The notes under the pieces are model-generated. The model did not search any database and had not been told where the DNA came from. It saw nothing but the letters and a program-made list of their open reading frames with translations. DNA of 30,687 nucleotides, taken from the IMG/VR virus record IMGVR_UViG_3300026105_000004, positions 1 through 30,687 of that record; one strand, 5' to 3'. The first letter of the stretch is position 1. Every line of letters begins with the position of its first letter. Below, in pieces: positions 9,534 through 18,499 of the stretch. Made by a program: the position numbers and the translations under genes. The DNA comes from a virus. Its lineage: Duplodnaviria; Caudoviricetes.

Positions 9534-10441
9534 CAGCCAATCGCCTCAGCACGACCGCCGTAATCAACGCGCAAATAGCCGTCAGCGCCGCGATGCACCA
9601 AGTGCGGGTGCGTCTCTTGCAACTCGTCGGCCATGACGCCAACTGTCGGCTGGTCGGGATGCGCGATCCGCTCGCCCTCGTCATTCCAATCCCACGAATA
9701 GAACTGGATGCCACCGCGCTTTTCAAGCGGCTTGACGTTGGTTTTAAGGCGCGGGTCGGACACGAAAGGCGCTGCCACCGACGCCCCAAGGCTAAGATAA
9801 TCAAACAGCCCGGGCTGCTTGGTGCTTGTTTGTGTCTGTTGCCCCATGTTGCCAGCCGATACAGCCGCAATGGGAAGCTGCAAAGACGACGCCGGTGCGT
9901 TGGTGAATTGCGAATACTGCTGACGCGCAGCATCCATTAACTGCTGATTCAGCGCCTGCATGGCCAAGCCTTGCTGCTGTTGTTGCTGGTTAATCGTATT
10001 CGCCTGACCAAAGCCAAGGTTGCCAATGTTGGCATATTGCTGCGCCGCGCTCAGGCCGATGTCCTGCTGGTTTTGCGCCGCGCTTAGTGCCGTGTTGAAA
10101 CCTTGCGCCCGCTGTTGTGCGAACGTATCCGCCGCCTGACGCGCAAAGCCCTCGTTCGTCATGGCCTCAGCAACGCCCTGACGCGAGCCACCAAAGGCGC
10201 CAGCCTGCGACGCCTGTGCGCCAAGCGTGTTCGTTGCCATCTGGCGCTGCCGCTCAATGTCTTGCTGAGTGCGGTCAATAACCTGCTGCTGATACGGGTT
10301 TTGGAATGCCTGAATGTTTGGCCCCATGCCAGCCGCCATTGTGCCAGCCATGCCAGTGCTTACGCCCTGCGCGGCTTGCTGGAAGGCGTTGGGTGCTTGG
10401 CCAGTCTGTGCCGTCTGTTGTGGGTTTCCTGCGCCTGCCAT
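9533..10441 (-). CDS. Ejection/pilot protein with C-terminal peptidase S74-like autocleaving chaperone domain
   Basis: Q/A-rich body with NPYQQQVID and GAFGGSRQGV; C-terminal SDPRLKTNV...FYSWDW...GVMADEL...GYLRVDYG. Confidence 0.75.
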   Translation of the reverse strand: MAGAGNPQQTAQTGQAPNAFQQAAQGVSTGMAGTMAAGMGPNIQAFQNPYQQQVIDRTQQDIERQRQMATNTLGAQASQAGAFGGSRQGVAEAMTNEGFARQAADTFAQQRAQGFNTALSAAQNQQDIGLSAAQQYANIGNLGFGQANTINQQQQQQGLAMQALNQQLMDAARQQYSQFTNAPASSLQLPIAAVSAGNMGQQTQTSTKQPGLFDYLSLGASVAAPFVSDPRLKTNVKPLEKRGGIQFYSWDWNDEGERIAHPDQPTVGVMADELQETHPHLVHRGADGYLRVDYGGRAEAIG

Positions 10442-10607
10442 TACTTACCTCCTCCGCTTCCACCGGGGCCATCATTCCCCGCAGAGCCGTCTGGGTTAGG
10501 ACCAGCAAAGCCGCGCCCGCCAATCGTACTTGCCTGCGGGCCACCACCATCAACCATGTCACCAAGCCCCCGGTGGAAGCGGAGGAGGTAAGTAAGGGCA
10601 GCCGCAG
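10429..10607. repeat. 40-bp inverted repeat (arms 10429-10468 and 10568-10607; 38/40, inner 28 bp perfect; 99-bp spacer)
   Basis: ctgcgcctgccattacttacctcctccgcttccaccgggg vs reverse complement of right arm ctgcggctgcccttacttacctcctccgcttccaccgggg. Confidence 0.97.
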
Positions 10608-11022
10608 TTGGTTGAGCGGCCTGACGCCCCGAAAAGCCGCCTTCGCCATTAACAGGGTCCATGAAATAGTTTGTCATAGCCTCATATTGGGCAGGGGACC
10701 GCGCTTGAAGTTCAGCCAATGCCTGCTCATAAAGCGGCATGGTTGAATATCCTTGAACGCCGCCAGCAAAAGTTTGCGGTTGCGGCGAAATTTCTTGCCC
10801 CGTCGCTGATTCTAAACCATACGCATTTGCCGCTGCGCTGGTATTGCGCATCGCCGCTTCTTGCATTGGCGTCATTGCCGCAACAACAGGCCCCGAATAG
10901 GGCGCTGGCCCAAAACTTGATATTTCTTCAGCCCGCGCAATGTTGCGCCTAAGAGGCTGCTCCAGATAATCTGGAATTTCAACTTGTGTCGTTTGGCTCC
11001 CGCCTTTGCCGCCGCCAGACAT
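10441..11022 (-). CDS. Small ejection protein (P22 gp7-like position and GGKGG N-terminus)
   Basis: MSGGGKGGSQTTQVEIP start, Gly-rich C-terminus, first of ejection cluster, AGGAG RBS. Confidence 0.65.
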   Translation of the reverse strand: MSGGGKGGSQTTQVEIPDYLEQPLRRNIARAEEISSFGPAPYSGPVVAAMTPMQEAAMRNTSAAANAYGLESATGQEISPQPQTFAGGVQGYSTMPLYEQALAELQARSPAQYEAMTNYFMDPVNGEGGFSGRQAAQPTAAALTYLLRFHRGLGDMVDGGGPQASTIGGRGFAGPNPDGSAGNDGPGGSGGGK

Positions 11023-11049
11023 GGCAAACTCCTAAATTTGTTGCCGTAA

Positions 11050-11058
11050 AGTATCACA
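11050..11058 (-). promoter_or_regulatory. Extended -10 promoter candidate upstream of ejection cluster (TGTGATACT)
   Basis: In 60-bp intergenic gap, just after a small GCCGC/GCGGC hairpin at ~11078-11092. Confidence 0.45.
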
Positions 11059-11081
11059 GTTGCTCATTTACAACAAGCCGC

Positions 11082-11438
11082 CTAAAGCGGCATAGCCATG
11101 CAGTGATAACTTCTTTCCCATCCATACTTCTTTAAGACCCGATCCCACCCAGATCGACCAGCCATTGTAAAGACTGTGCAGCCCATTGATCTGCCGAACG
11201 CAGAAACACCGGGCAACATTTCCATAATTTCGCGGCGATTGCCGCCCGCTAGAAAACAGTGCAGCGCTTTTTTCCGAGGAAACGTGATAATTTCAGTTAT
11301 CACGATGCTGTCGCCATTGGGCCATGCCTGCATTTTTCCCGCCACAATCGCTTCCACCACGTCCTGAAACACATGCGTGCCGCTGCCATATTTTAGCGCG
11401 GCCTCAATTTGATCTTGATAATCTTCTATTGTTTTCAT
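11082..11438 (-). CDS. Small GNAT-fold-like virion assembly protein
   Basis: 118 aa; ITEIITFPRKKALHCFLAGG...GRSGWDRVL pattern; lies between tail and ejection genes. Confidence 0.6.
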   Translation of the reverse strand: MKTIEDYQDQIEAALKYGSGTHVFQDVVEAIVAGKMQAWPNGDSIVITEIITFPRKKALHCFLAGGNRREIMEMLPGVSAFGRSMGCTVFTMAGRSGWDRVLKKYGWERSYHCMAMPL

Positions 11439-12094
11439 GCCCTGATCCGCGTAACACCCAGCGTGGTAGACGGTGCCGACGGCGCATATGCCGTGGCAGG
11501 CTCGGCCTTTAGAAATCCGTTTGTGCTATCTGTCGCCCACATGACCTCAATGTAATCGCCCGCGCCCACCTCAAACAAGACAGACCGGCTCACCACGGTA
11601 CTGGCATCGTTCTGGTGCAATTTTGCAACAATGGTCGATCCGGTTACGTCTGTCCCGTTAATTCGCGGCCAAAACCGAAACATAACCGTGCTGCCCGACG
11701 TGGATGAAATTTGCGCAGTGAAGGACAACAAGTAAACGCCACCCTCCTCAAACACGATCCGCTCAGGGTTTGTGCCATCGCGCGATATACCGTCTGACCA
11801 AGGCGGGGCGTCATATGTAATGCTGTACGCTGTATTAGTGGCCGCCGCCGTGATGTCCGCATCTTGACTAAACTGCGCAAAACCATTGGCAATGACAAGT
11901 TGGCGAAATTCACCGTTAAGAGACACCACCGGATAACCATTGTCGCCATCCCACAAAAACACGCCGTCCTCTGACGGGTTGTCGCCGCCTTTCAAAAACC
12001 TGATCTTGTCCGAAGTTCGACGCAAAAACGCCGTCAGGTTCTTGCCCCAAATACGCAAATCAGGGCCAACCGGCGGCAAAACGGGAGCGGTCAT
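11435..12094 (-). CDS. Tail-associated protein with C1q/TNF-like beta-sandwich C-terminus
   Basis: GVYLLSFTAQI, GDYIEVMW beta-strand motifs; follows nozzle gene. Confidence 0.55.
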   Translation of the reverse strand: MTAPVLPPVGPDLRIWGKNLTAFLRRTSDKIRFLKGGDNPSEDGVFLWDGDNGYPVVSLNGEFRQLVIANGFAQFSQDADITAAATNTAYSITYDAPPWSDGISRDGTNPERIVFEEGGVYLLSFTAQISSTSGSTVMFRFWPRINGTDVTGSTIVAKLHQNDASTVVSRSVLFEVGAGDYIEVMWATDSTNGFLKAEPATAYAPSAPSTTLGVTRIRA

Positions 12095-13569
12095 CTGCCA
12101 CCCCGCGAAGTCGCCTCAATGCGCATAATGCCAGCCTGCCACTTGGCGAGACGCTCACCCTCAACCCGCATTCTGATCTGGCGGCCCGAAAACCGAACGC
12201 TAGTCGGATTGGCCATAGTGTATGGCCCGTAGCTGCGCTCGGTATCGTTGGGGTGAAACCGTGTCTTAAATGTCACACTCACATCTTCTTGCGCCTTTTC
12301 ATCAGGAATAAGCCGCGTGACCGACATAATTTGGTCGCCCTGCCCAATGCTAACTGGTCCTGTTTCCGCATAGATGCTCGCGCCGTCGTAGTTCAGGCCG
12401 ACCTCATGCTCAATCAGGTTCCCGCCTGTATCCACCATGAATGGATATTTGAACACGCCGCGATCCGCGCCACATGTGCGCGACAACTCACCCGTCATCC
12501 AATGTCCTTCCTTGAAGTCCAAGGCAACGTAACGATCAATTTCGTTTGACGCGCTAGACGGATAAAACCACCAGACCTCGCCCTGCTGCCCCAACGTCAT
12601 GGCCCACGTTTTGCTGATCTGCGAGGGGTTCAGGTCACTAAAGACGTAATCATGCACTTCGCATGGGATTTCCTGAACGGTCGTGCCGTCGTACAGGAAG
12701 AAACCATTTGGACCCATCCAAAACACGCCGTTGTCTGTCGCAGCAAACGCGCGCCGCGCAATCAGTCCGCAAGACGTTCCGACCTGCTCAAAGCCAAACA
12801 CAAACGGCGGGCCAATGTAGTTGGCGCTGTGCGCGTCAATGTCGGTAAGGATCAAGGCTTGACCGCGCGTCTTGACGCCCGCCATGATCTGCCCACTGGT
12901 TTGCAACTCAATATCGCCAGCCTCGTTGGTCGCGTCTGGTGCCCACAGCGTATTATTCTCGCGGTCGCACCATTGCACCTTACGCGGCTCACCACCCGCG
13001 CCAAGGGCAAACAGAAACCGCTCTTCAGTTACAAGCAGGCTCAGATTGTCTGTAGGCGCGTTTGCAATGGCTTGCGCTGGTATTGCAGGGTCCAGCTGCC
13101 ACTCCCAAAGCGTGCCGTCGTCAACACTACATCCGACAAGGTATTCACCCCAGTTATCCAGCGCCCATGTCGTGGCCTCTGAATAGTTGCCATCGTCAGG
13201 CCGCGAAACGCCGTAATAGCTAGTTCCAAAAAAACTGCCGCCGTAGCCCGTTTCAATCTCTGCGTTTAGCCGTCCAGCAACTAGCGTCGGCGGTGTGATG
13301 TCGCTCACGACGTTTGAGGCGCTCATGACATACAGTTTGTCAAACGCGCCTGCGGCCACCCACCTGTCGCCGCTGTTGTCTTCCCAAGAAATCATGGCGC
13401 GCGGCGTTGAGTCAAAAGCAGACGCGACACGCTGACGCCAGCCGCCGATGGGGCGAAGTGAGCCATCCCGCCACCGCACTAAAGACGCCTCGCGCCAGCG
13501 GCCAGACGCCTCGTAGTCTGTGCCGTTTGCGTAAACGCCGGGCGGTATATCAAGCGGGATTAGTGGCAT
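12091..13569 (-). CDS. Tail nozzle / DNA-stabilisation protein (P22 gp10-like beta-propeller)
   Basis: 492 aa; W/G/D-rich propeller-type repeats (DNWGEYLV, WCDREN, VFWMG, EVWWFYPS), C-terminal RFSGRQIRMR. Confidence 0.75.
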   Translation of the reverse strand: MPLIPLDIPPGVYANGTDYEASGRWREASLVRWRDGSLRPIGGWRQRVASAFDSTPRAMISWEDNSGDRWVAAGAFDKLYVMSASNVVSDITPPTLVAGRLNAEIETGYGGSFFGTSYYGVSRPDDGNYSEATTWALDNWGEYLVGCSVDDGTLWEWQLDPAIPAQAIANAPTDNLSLLVTEERFLFALGAGGEPRKVQWCDRENNTLWAPDATNEAGDIELQTSGQIMAGVKTRGQALILTDIDAHSANYIGPPFVFGFEQVGTSCGLIARRAFAATDNGVFWMGPNGFFLYDGTTVQEIPCEVHDYVFSDLNPSQISKTWAMTLGQQGEVWWFYPSSASNEIDRYVALDFKEGHWMTGELSRTCGADRGVFKYPFMVDTGGNLIEHEVGLNYDGASIYAETGPVSIGQGDQIMSVTRLIPDEKAQEDVSVTFKTRFHPNDTERSYGPYTMANPTSVRFSGRQIRMRVEGERLAKWQAGIMRIEATSRGGR

Positions 13570-13579
13570 TCAATTCGCC

Positions 13580-14278
13580 TCACAGCTTCATGATATATGC
13601 AAGGGCGAGATAGGGGGGCCTGTTCTCGTGCGAAGACCCACCTCCTGTCGAGCTAGTCGTGCCGCTGAAGGTGTGGTTGTGCGAGGCGTCAAAGTCCGCG
13701 CGGTCAAACGCTCCGGTAGCGCCTGTGTTATCAACAAATAAGCCGGGGTCAGAAACAGAGAAAACGCCCGATCCGGCCCTGATGCCACCATCAACAAAAA
13801 TTTGCCCTGTCAAACTCCGAGTGCTGGTTGTGCCACTGAAGCTGTGGTTGTGAGACGGAATTTGACTGGTCGACAGCGACACGCTGTTCGCACCGCCGGT
13901 TGCGTTGACACTGTAACTGTCCCCAGCGCCAACCACGAAACGGTTCCGCAAATCGGGCGTGCCGTTCGTGCCGTCGCAAAGCGCCCAGCCGCTCGGGATG
14001 CTGCCGATACTGCCCGACCACATGATGATGCCACCGGAGGGGACATAATGCGTTGACGCGGTATTCAACTCAGCCGCCGTGGCATCAACCGCCGTGCCGC
14101 TGATCTTCCAGCTTCCCGCAGTCAGGTTAGGCGCAATGGCGGTAGACCCGTTCAGCGCCGCGTAGAGCGTGCTGTCAACGCTGTCCCAATTGGAGATCAG
14201 CTTATCGCCCCAAGTATCCTCGCTGGCACCCGGTTCGGGCTTAACAAAGTTGTAGTTCGTTGTAAGTGTGTCCGCCAT
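13580..14278 (-). CDS. Tail fibre/spike protein with tail-collar domain
   Basis: [11 protein letters not shown]...[25 protein letters not shown]...PSHNH...[16 protein letters not shown]. Confidence 0.85.
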   Translation of the reverse strand: MADTLTTNYNFVKPEPGASEDTWGDKLISNWDSVDSTLYAALNGSTAIAPNLTAGSWKISGTAVDATAAELNTASTHYVPSGGIIMWSGSIGSIPSGWALCDGTNGTPDLRNRFVVGAGDSYSVNATGGANSVSLSTSQIPSHNHSFSGTTSTRSLTGQIFVDGGIRAGSGVFSVSDPGLFVDNTGATGAFDRADFDASHNHTFSGTTSSTGGGSSHENRPPYLALAYIMKL

Positions 14279-14809
14279 TTATGCCACCTGTGTCCAATCT
14301 TCTGGCGTGTCCGCCTGGTCCGTCCAATCGCCGCCCGTGTCGGCTTGCTCAGTCCACACCTCGTCCGTATCGGCCTGAACGCTCCACTTAATCGCGCCTT
14401 CTGCCGTGAAGGATACCACAGATGCAAACTGCGCGGAACCTGTGCGGCGGCGCTGCGGACTTGCTGTGGTCTCTAGCGCAATCGCCGATGTGGCGGATGC
14501 ATTGACCGTGAATGCGCCCTTGGCCGTTGCCGATGACGAAATGCTTGCAGCAGCGTTTCCTAGCAAGATGACATTGCCGCTTGCCGATACCGCAATAGAC
14601 GCTGCGACAGTAGCGCCGCTGCGCTTTATTATGTTGGCCGTTGAAAGCGTTGTCGTTGAAATCGCGTCAGCAGCAGAGCCAAGCAAAATGACGTTGCCGC
14701 TTGCCTGCGTCGTAGCCAAAATCGGGACGTTGGCTGACGCAAGTTTTGCGTCGCCTACGGCGTAGCCTTCTTCCCAGTATTCCGGCTCAACGTAATACGG
14801 CAGCGCCAT
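14279..14809 (-). CDS. Ala/Ser-rich structural protein with internal repeats and C-terminal Trp repeats
   Basis: ASGNVILLG twice; W-x-x-Q-A-D-T 10-aa repeats at C-terminus. Confidence 0.7.
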   Translation of the reverse strand: MALPYYVEPEYWEEGYAVGDAKLASANVPILATTQASGNVILLGSAADAISTTTLSTANIIKRSGATVAASIAVSASGNVILLGNAAASISSSATAKGAFTVNASATSAIALETTASPQRRRTGSAQFASVVSFTAEGAIKWSVQADTDEVWTEQADTGGDWTDQADTPEDWTQVA

Positions 14810-14815
14810 TGATGC

Positions 14816-15130
14816 TTACTCCCAAGGCACCCCAGCAACAGTAGCTGGTGCCTTCTGGTCTTCGATCTGCTGCGCGAGGCGGGCTTCTGTTTCAGCCTTG
14901 TCGAAATCCTCTTGCGCCCACAGCCAGCCCAAGACATCCGCCTCGGTCAGTTGGTCAAACGGCACGAAGTCCGGGGACTCAGAATCAGGGGTGAAGCCCT
15001 CAGAGCCATAGACAGTGGCTGTGTATTCGCCGTCTTGGGCAGAAACGCGCCAGTGGCAGACGATCACGCCTCCTGTGTCTGTTTGGCGTTCGAGTTGGGC
15101 GATGGTCCAGTTGTATTCGATAGCCATCAT
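14816..15130 (-). CDS. Small tail-fibre-associated protein (DUF7936-like)
   Basis: YNWTIAQLER...HWRVSA...FVPFDQLTEADVLGW...GVPW; coupled to fibre gene. Confidence 0.7.
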   Translation of the reverse strand: MMAIEYNWTIAQLERQTDTGGVIVCHWRVSAQDGEYTATVYGSEGFTPDSESPDFVPFDQLTEADVLGWLWAQEDFDKAETEARLAQQIEDQKAPATVAGVPWE

Positions 15131-16704
15131 TCGGCTCCTTCCAATGTTTTTTCAGGCTCGGTAATTACCCGCCCGTTTTCATCTGTCCATTCGGTGTCAA
15201 TCATGTGCTGGTCATGGCGTTCACCAATCACAAGCCACGATACTTCATCAACGCAGGTAGGGTCTTGGGCTTCAATGGTCAGGATGTTGCCGGAAACCGA
15301 ACCCCGGACCTGTGTCCAACCGTCCTCATTCGTCGTGAAGCATTGGACATTGCCGTTCAGCGCCGCAAAGGTGCCTTGGGTCATACGACCTGCTTCATCA
15401 AGGTTCACGGTCGCCTGACCATCTACGAGCGTCACCTTGCCGCGATATAGGTTGTCTGCCTGCGGGCCTTCAACAAAGCTGTGGACAAGATGGTGCGTGT
15501 CGGGCTTTATCGGGTGGTCGATCTTAAATGAGCCGGAGTTCTTGGACAGTGACCCGTCCACATCAAGCGTTGCACTAGGCGAACTCGTCCCAATGCCCAC
15601 GTTGCCGCCGTTAGCTTGAAAGAAGCTGTTGCCCCCACCGCACGTTATTACGTGGTCTGTGTTAGTTGTCCCGTCTCCTGAATGAAAGCGAACAATACAG
15701 TCGCTTGTTGTATTGGTTCCACGGAAGAACCTTACCCCGCCTTCAGTATCAGTCAGGTCGGGGAAGTCGAAATCCAGTAGAGAGTCTTGATTGCCACGAC
15801 GAACACTAAGTTTAGAGGGACTATCTGTAAACGCAATGTTGCCCGTTATAGTCAAAGCCTCCGAGGGGCTGCTCGTCCCAATGCCCACGTTGCCTGATGA
15901 GTCGATGCGCATGGCTTCTGATCCGGCTGTATCAAAAGTCATCACATCACTAGGGTTTGAATACTGTATGCGGCCTTGTATTTCAGACGTTTCGTTGCCA
16001 AAGTTTATTCGAGGTGAGCCAGCGTCATTAGTTGATAAGGTTAAAGCTACACTACCCGCTCGTTCCACAAGAAGTTCTGAGGTGCTATTTGGCGACCAAG
16101 TGCGTCCAGAAGATGATTCAATAACCTCAAGCGTTGCACTAGGCGAACTCGTCCCAATGCCCACGTTGTTAGTAGACGCATCCACAAACAGCGTGTCGGT
16201 GTCCACGGTCAGATCACCTGAGAATGTGCCGGTTGTCCCACTGATAGCCGCAGGGGTGCTGCCGCCGATTACAGTTCCGTCGATGGTGCTAGTGTTAATT
16301 GCCGTTCCGTCAATCGAACCGCCGTTGATGTCGGCTGTGGTGGCGGTTACGCCAGCGAATGACGGGCTGTCCGTGGTGGCAACGCCTTGGTCCAGAGCCT
16401 TAACAACGGCCTCGTCGGTCAACTCACTATCCATCAGAGCGCCAGCGGCGGTGACATTGGCCGTGTCGGTTACGTCTGCCCCAGCTTCGATGCCGTCGAG
16501 TTTTGACCCGTCAGCCCCCACATCACGTCCGTCTACTGTGGCACCGTCAATGGTGCCGCCGTTGATGTCTACTGTGTTGACAGTCAGGCTTGCAGCCGTG
16601 TCACCGCTTTGCAGCTTGTCGGTGTTCAAATTGGTAAAGTTGTCGTCAACCTCGTCGTGCGTGAGGGGCGATCCCTTACCGGCGCGTGTTGTGATCGTGG
16701 ACAT
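15127..16704 (-). CDS. Long tail fibre protein
   Basis: N-terminal TRAGKGSPLTHDEVDDNFTNLN anchor, INGGTIDG shaft repeats, three NVGIGTSSPS repeats, C-terminal SFKIDHP...EGP...YRG domain. Confidence 0.88.
   Translation of the reverse strand: MSTITTRAGKGSPLTHDEVDDNFTNLNTDKLQSGDTAASLTVNTVDINGGTIDGATVDGRDVGADGSKLDGIEAGADVTDTANVTAAGALMDSELTDEAVVKALDQGVATTDSPSFAGVTATTADINGGSIDGTAINTSTIDGTVIGGSTPAAISGTTGTFSGDLTVDTDTLFVDASTNNVGIGTSSPSATLEVIESSSGRTWSPNSTSELLVERAGSVALTLSTNDAGSPRINFGNETSEIQGRIQYSNPSDVMTFDTAGSEAMRIDSSGNVGIGTSSPSEALTITGNIAFTDSPSKLSVRRGNQDSLLDFDFPDLTDTEGGVRFFRGTNTTSDCIVRFHSGDGTTNTDHVITCGGGNSFFQANGGNVGIGTSSPSATLDVDGSLSKNSGSFKIDHPIKPDTHHLVHSFVEGPQADNLYRGKVTLVDGQATVNLDEAGRMTQGTFAALNGNVQCFTTNEDGWTQVRGSVSGNILTIEAQDPTCVDEVSWLVIGERHDQHMIDTEWTDENGRVITEPEKTLEGAE
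15563..16168. repeat. Direct repeats in fibre gene: identical 42 bp at 15563-15604 and 16127-16168; 23-bp partial copy at 15872-15894
   Basis: tcaagcgttgcactaggcgaactcgtcccaatgcccacgttg read twice; ctcgtcccaatgcccacgttgcc third copy. Confidence 0.92.
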
Positions 16705-16706
16705 GG

Positions 16707-17210
16707 CTATGACACCTTTCTAGAAAATTCGCCGTGAAACCTTTGTTGCGCGGCCAGTCTTGCAGCGGCGGCCTCTTCCAAAGTCTCGTGGTAGCCAAGA
16801 TGCTTGCGCTTACGACCGAGATTTATGTAAGCTTGCCAAGCACTTCTGCGCTTGTTGTAGCTTACACCTTTGATCCCAGAGGCGCTGTCTGAACGAACTT
16901 TTTGGTTAACTAAATTTTGCGACGGGCTAACTTGGCGTAAATTTTCCCACTTATTATTCAACCCGTCACCATCAATGTGGTCAATGTACTTTTCAGGCCA
17001 ACTCCCAGTCTGAAGCAGCCAAGCGATCCGGTGCGCTTTGTACCTTTCGTTAAATATAGATACATTTCTATAGCTGCAATAATCTTCATTACGCGCAACA
17101 GTCCCGGCCTCTTGACCGACTTTAAACGAACCAGTTGTTATTCGCCAAGTCAGCGCTCCCGTCTTGGGGCAATAATTAAACAAGGCTTTTGCAAGCTGGT
17201 AATCTATCAT
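16707..17210 (-). CDS. HNH homing endonuclease with C-terminal AP2 domain
   Basis: YKAHRIAW...IDHIDGDGLNNKWENLR...SGIKGV...WQAYI...HLG...EEAAAAR...FHGEF; AT-richer than flanks; start probably MIDYQ. Confidence 0.93.
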   Translation of the reverse strand: MIDYQLAKALFNYCPKTGALTWRITTGSFKVGQEAGTVARNEDYCSYRNVSIFNERYKAHRIAWLLQTGSWPEKYIDHIDGDGLNNKWENLRQVSPSQNLVNQKVRSDSASGIKGVSYNKRRSAWQAYINLGRKRKHLGYHETLEEAAAARLAAQQRFHGEFSRKVS

Positions 17211-17249
17211 GTCGCCACCTTTTGTGCTTTGGGTTGGTGACATAATGTA

Positions 17250-17630
17250 TCAATCCAGAGTCATTTGCAAGCTTGAGGCTGGGATTCTAAAAACATCATC
17301 CGTGTTGATGGTCTTGGACGCGGTCAGCGCGGCGTGGGCAATCAAGTTGCCCGCAGTGCTGGCATCGTAAACGCCAATGTGCGTGATGGTTCCCCAATCA
17401 GCCGTCGCCACAGGCCATTCAACCGCAGCCGTTGTAGTGGCCGCGTCGCCCGTCACGCTGAAAGTCGCGGCCTCACGAACGTATGATCCGCCAGACACCT
17501 CAGTGCCGCTGTCGGCGTCGGTCGGGTCAGTGGTGAACAGACCAATATACCAAGCCGTTGGGCGTGTGACAGACGTGTCTGTAAAAAGCCATTCCAGAAC
17601 GTCCGTTTCAAATGTATTGCTCAGGCTCAT
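17250..17630 (-). CDS. Small tail/fibre-attachment structural protein
   Basis: WYIGLFTTDP...EVSGGSYVR...WGTITHIGVYDASTAGNL motif common in phage tail regions. Confidence 0.8.
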   Translation of the reverse strand: MSLSNTFETDVLEWLFTDTSVTRPTAWYIGLFTTDPTDADSGTEVSGGSYVREAATFSVTGDAATTTAAVEWPVATADWGTITHIGVYDASTAGNLIAHAALTASKTINTDDVFRIPASSLQMTLD

Positions 17631-17631
17631 G

Positions 17632-18249
17632 TCAGTAACTCCTAATCATCATGCGCAGCCCAGTGCCGCTAAAGCGTGCCTTGTCGCTTTCCGTGTTTGC
17701 TGCATCGACCGCCGATTGATATAGCGCCGCCCATGTTTGCGCCCGCGCATCATCGTCAAGGTAAGGCGCGCTGTGGACCAGTGCGCCGTAAAGGTAGATG
17801 TCGGGATACTTGCGCAGCAGCCAGTTGTCGGTGTTCGTGTCGCTCAGAGCCGGAACATCTGCGTAGTAAACCAGTTCAGACGTATAACTTTGATCGGGGG
17901 TCGGAAAAAACTCAATCTCGCCTGCCGTGATAGCGTAAAAGCAAGGCCGCCCACCTGCTGGACCTTGCTCGCGCAACTGCGCCATGTCGTTCTGGCTGAT
18001 CAACTCCAAATCAGACGGCGGGTTGTCTGTAATGTGCAAGCGCACAGTTTCCAGCCAATCGCCGGGCGGGGTGCTGTAGCGCGTGTCAGCAGTGGCGGTT
18101 GATCGCTTCACCATGTTGAAGTGCCGCAGTTCGCGGTTGATCCGCGCCTCGGCCAAGCTAATGAATGTCGGCACGACCGACGCAAGATCGTCGCGATTTA
18201 AAAAATCTGCAACGGCGCTTTGCAACTCGCTGTAGGTGCTGATGCTCAT
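17632..18249 (-). CDS. Head-tail adaptor protein
   Basis: TYSELQSAVADFLNRDDL...FISLAEARINRELR...NWLLRKYPDIYLYGAL. Confidence 0.88.
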   Translation of the reverse strand: MSISTYSELQSAVADFLNRDDLASVVPTFISLAEARINRELRHFNMVKRSTATADTRYSTPPGDWLETVRLHITDNPPSDLELISQNDMAQLREQGPAGGRPCFYAITAGEIEFFPTPDQSYTSELVYYADVPALSDTNTDNWLLRKYPDIYLYGALVHSAPYLDDDARAQTWAALYQSAVDAANTESDKARFSGTGLRMMIRSY

Positions 18250-18404
18250 GCCTTTTTCCGCTTCTTCGCTGTTTTTGCGCTATCCTTAAACGCCTTGGCA
18301 GTAGGCGCGCCCTTACTGCCCGGCGCGAGCATCCGCTCGCCCGATCCGGCTTTGATGCGGGCACGCTTTCGGTGGATATTCTTGTATAGCCCCTCGCCCG
18401 GCAT
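18246..18404 (-). CDS. Small basic phage protein (52 aa), not in ORF track
   Basis: MPGEGLYKNIHRKRARIKAGSGERMLAPGSKGAPTAKAFKDSAKTAKKRKKA; TAATG and ATGA coupling on both sides; resembles a widespread GLYxNIHxKR...GAPT phage family. Confidence 0.85.
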   Translation of the reverse strand: MPGEGLYKNIHRKRARIKAGSGERMLAPGSKGAPTAKAFKDSAKTAKKRKKA

Positions 18405-18499
18405 TACTTATTGCCCCGCAAGCACTTGCCAGCCGCCGTGCATTTGCGCGGCGTTGGGCAGCCTAGACAAGGCGTGAACTTCTTCGTCGGTTTTTTCAT
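18404..18499 (-). CDS. Micro-protein (31 aa), basic with C-x2-C-x5-C-x5-C
   Basis: MKKPTKKFTPCLGCPTPRKCTAAGKCLRGNK; ATGA/TAATG coupled. Confidence 0.65.
   Translation of the reverse strand: MKKPTKKFTPCLGCPTPRKCTAAGKCLRGNK

Noticed and set aside
15127-16704. Diversity-generating retroelement target in tail fibre
   Set aside because: No reverse transcriptase and no template/variable repeat pair differing at adenines; the repeats are identical short copies
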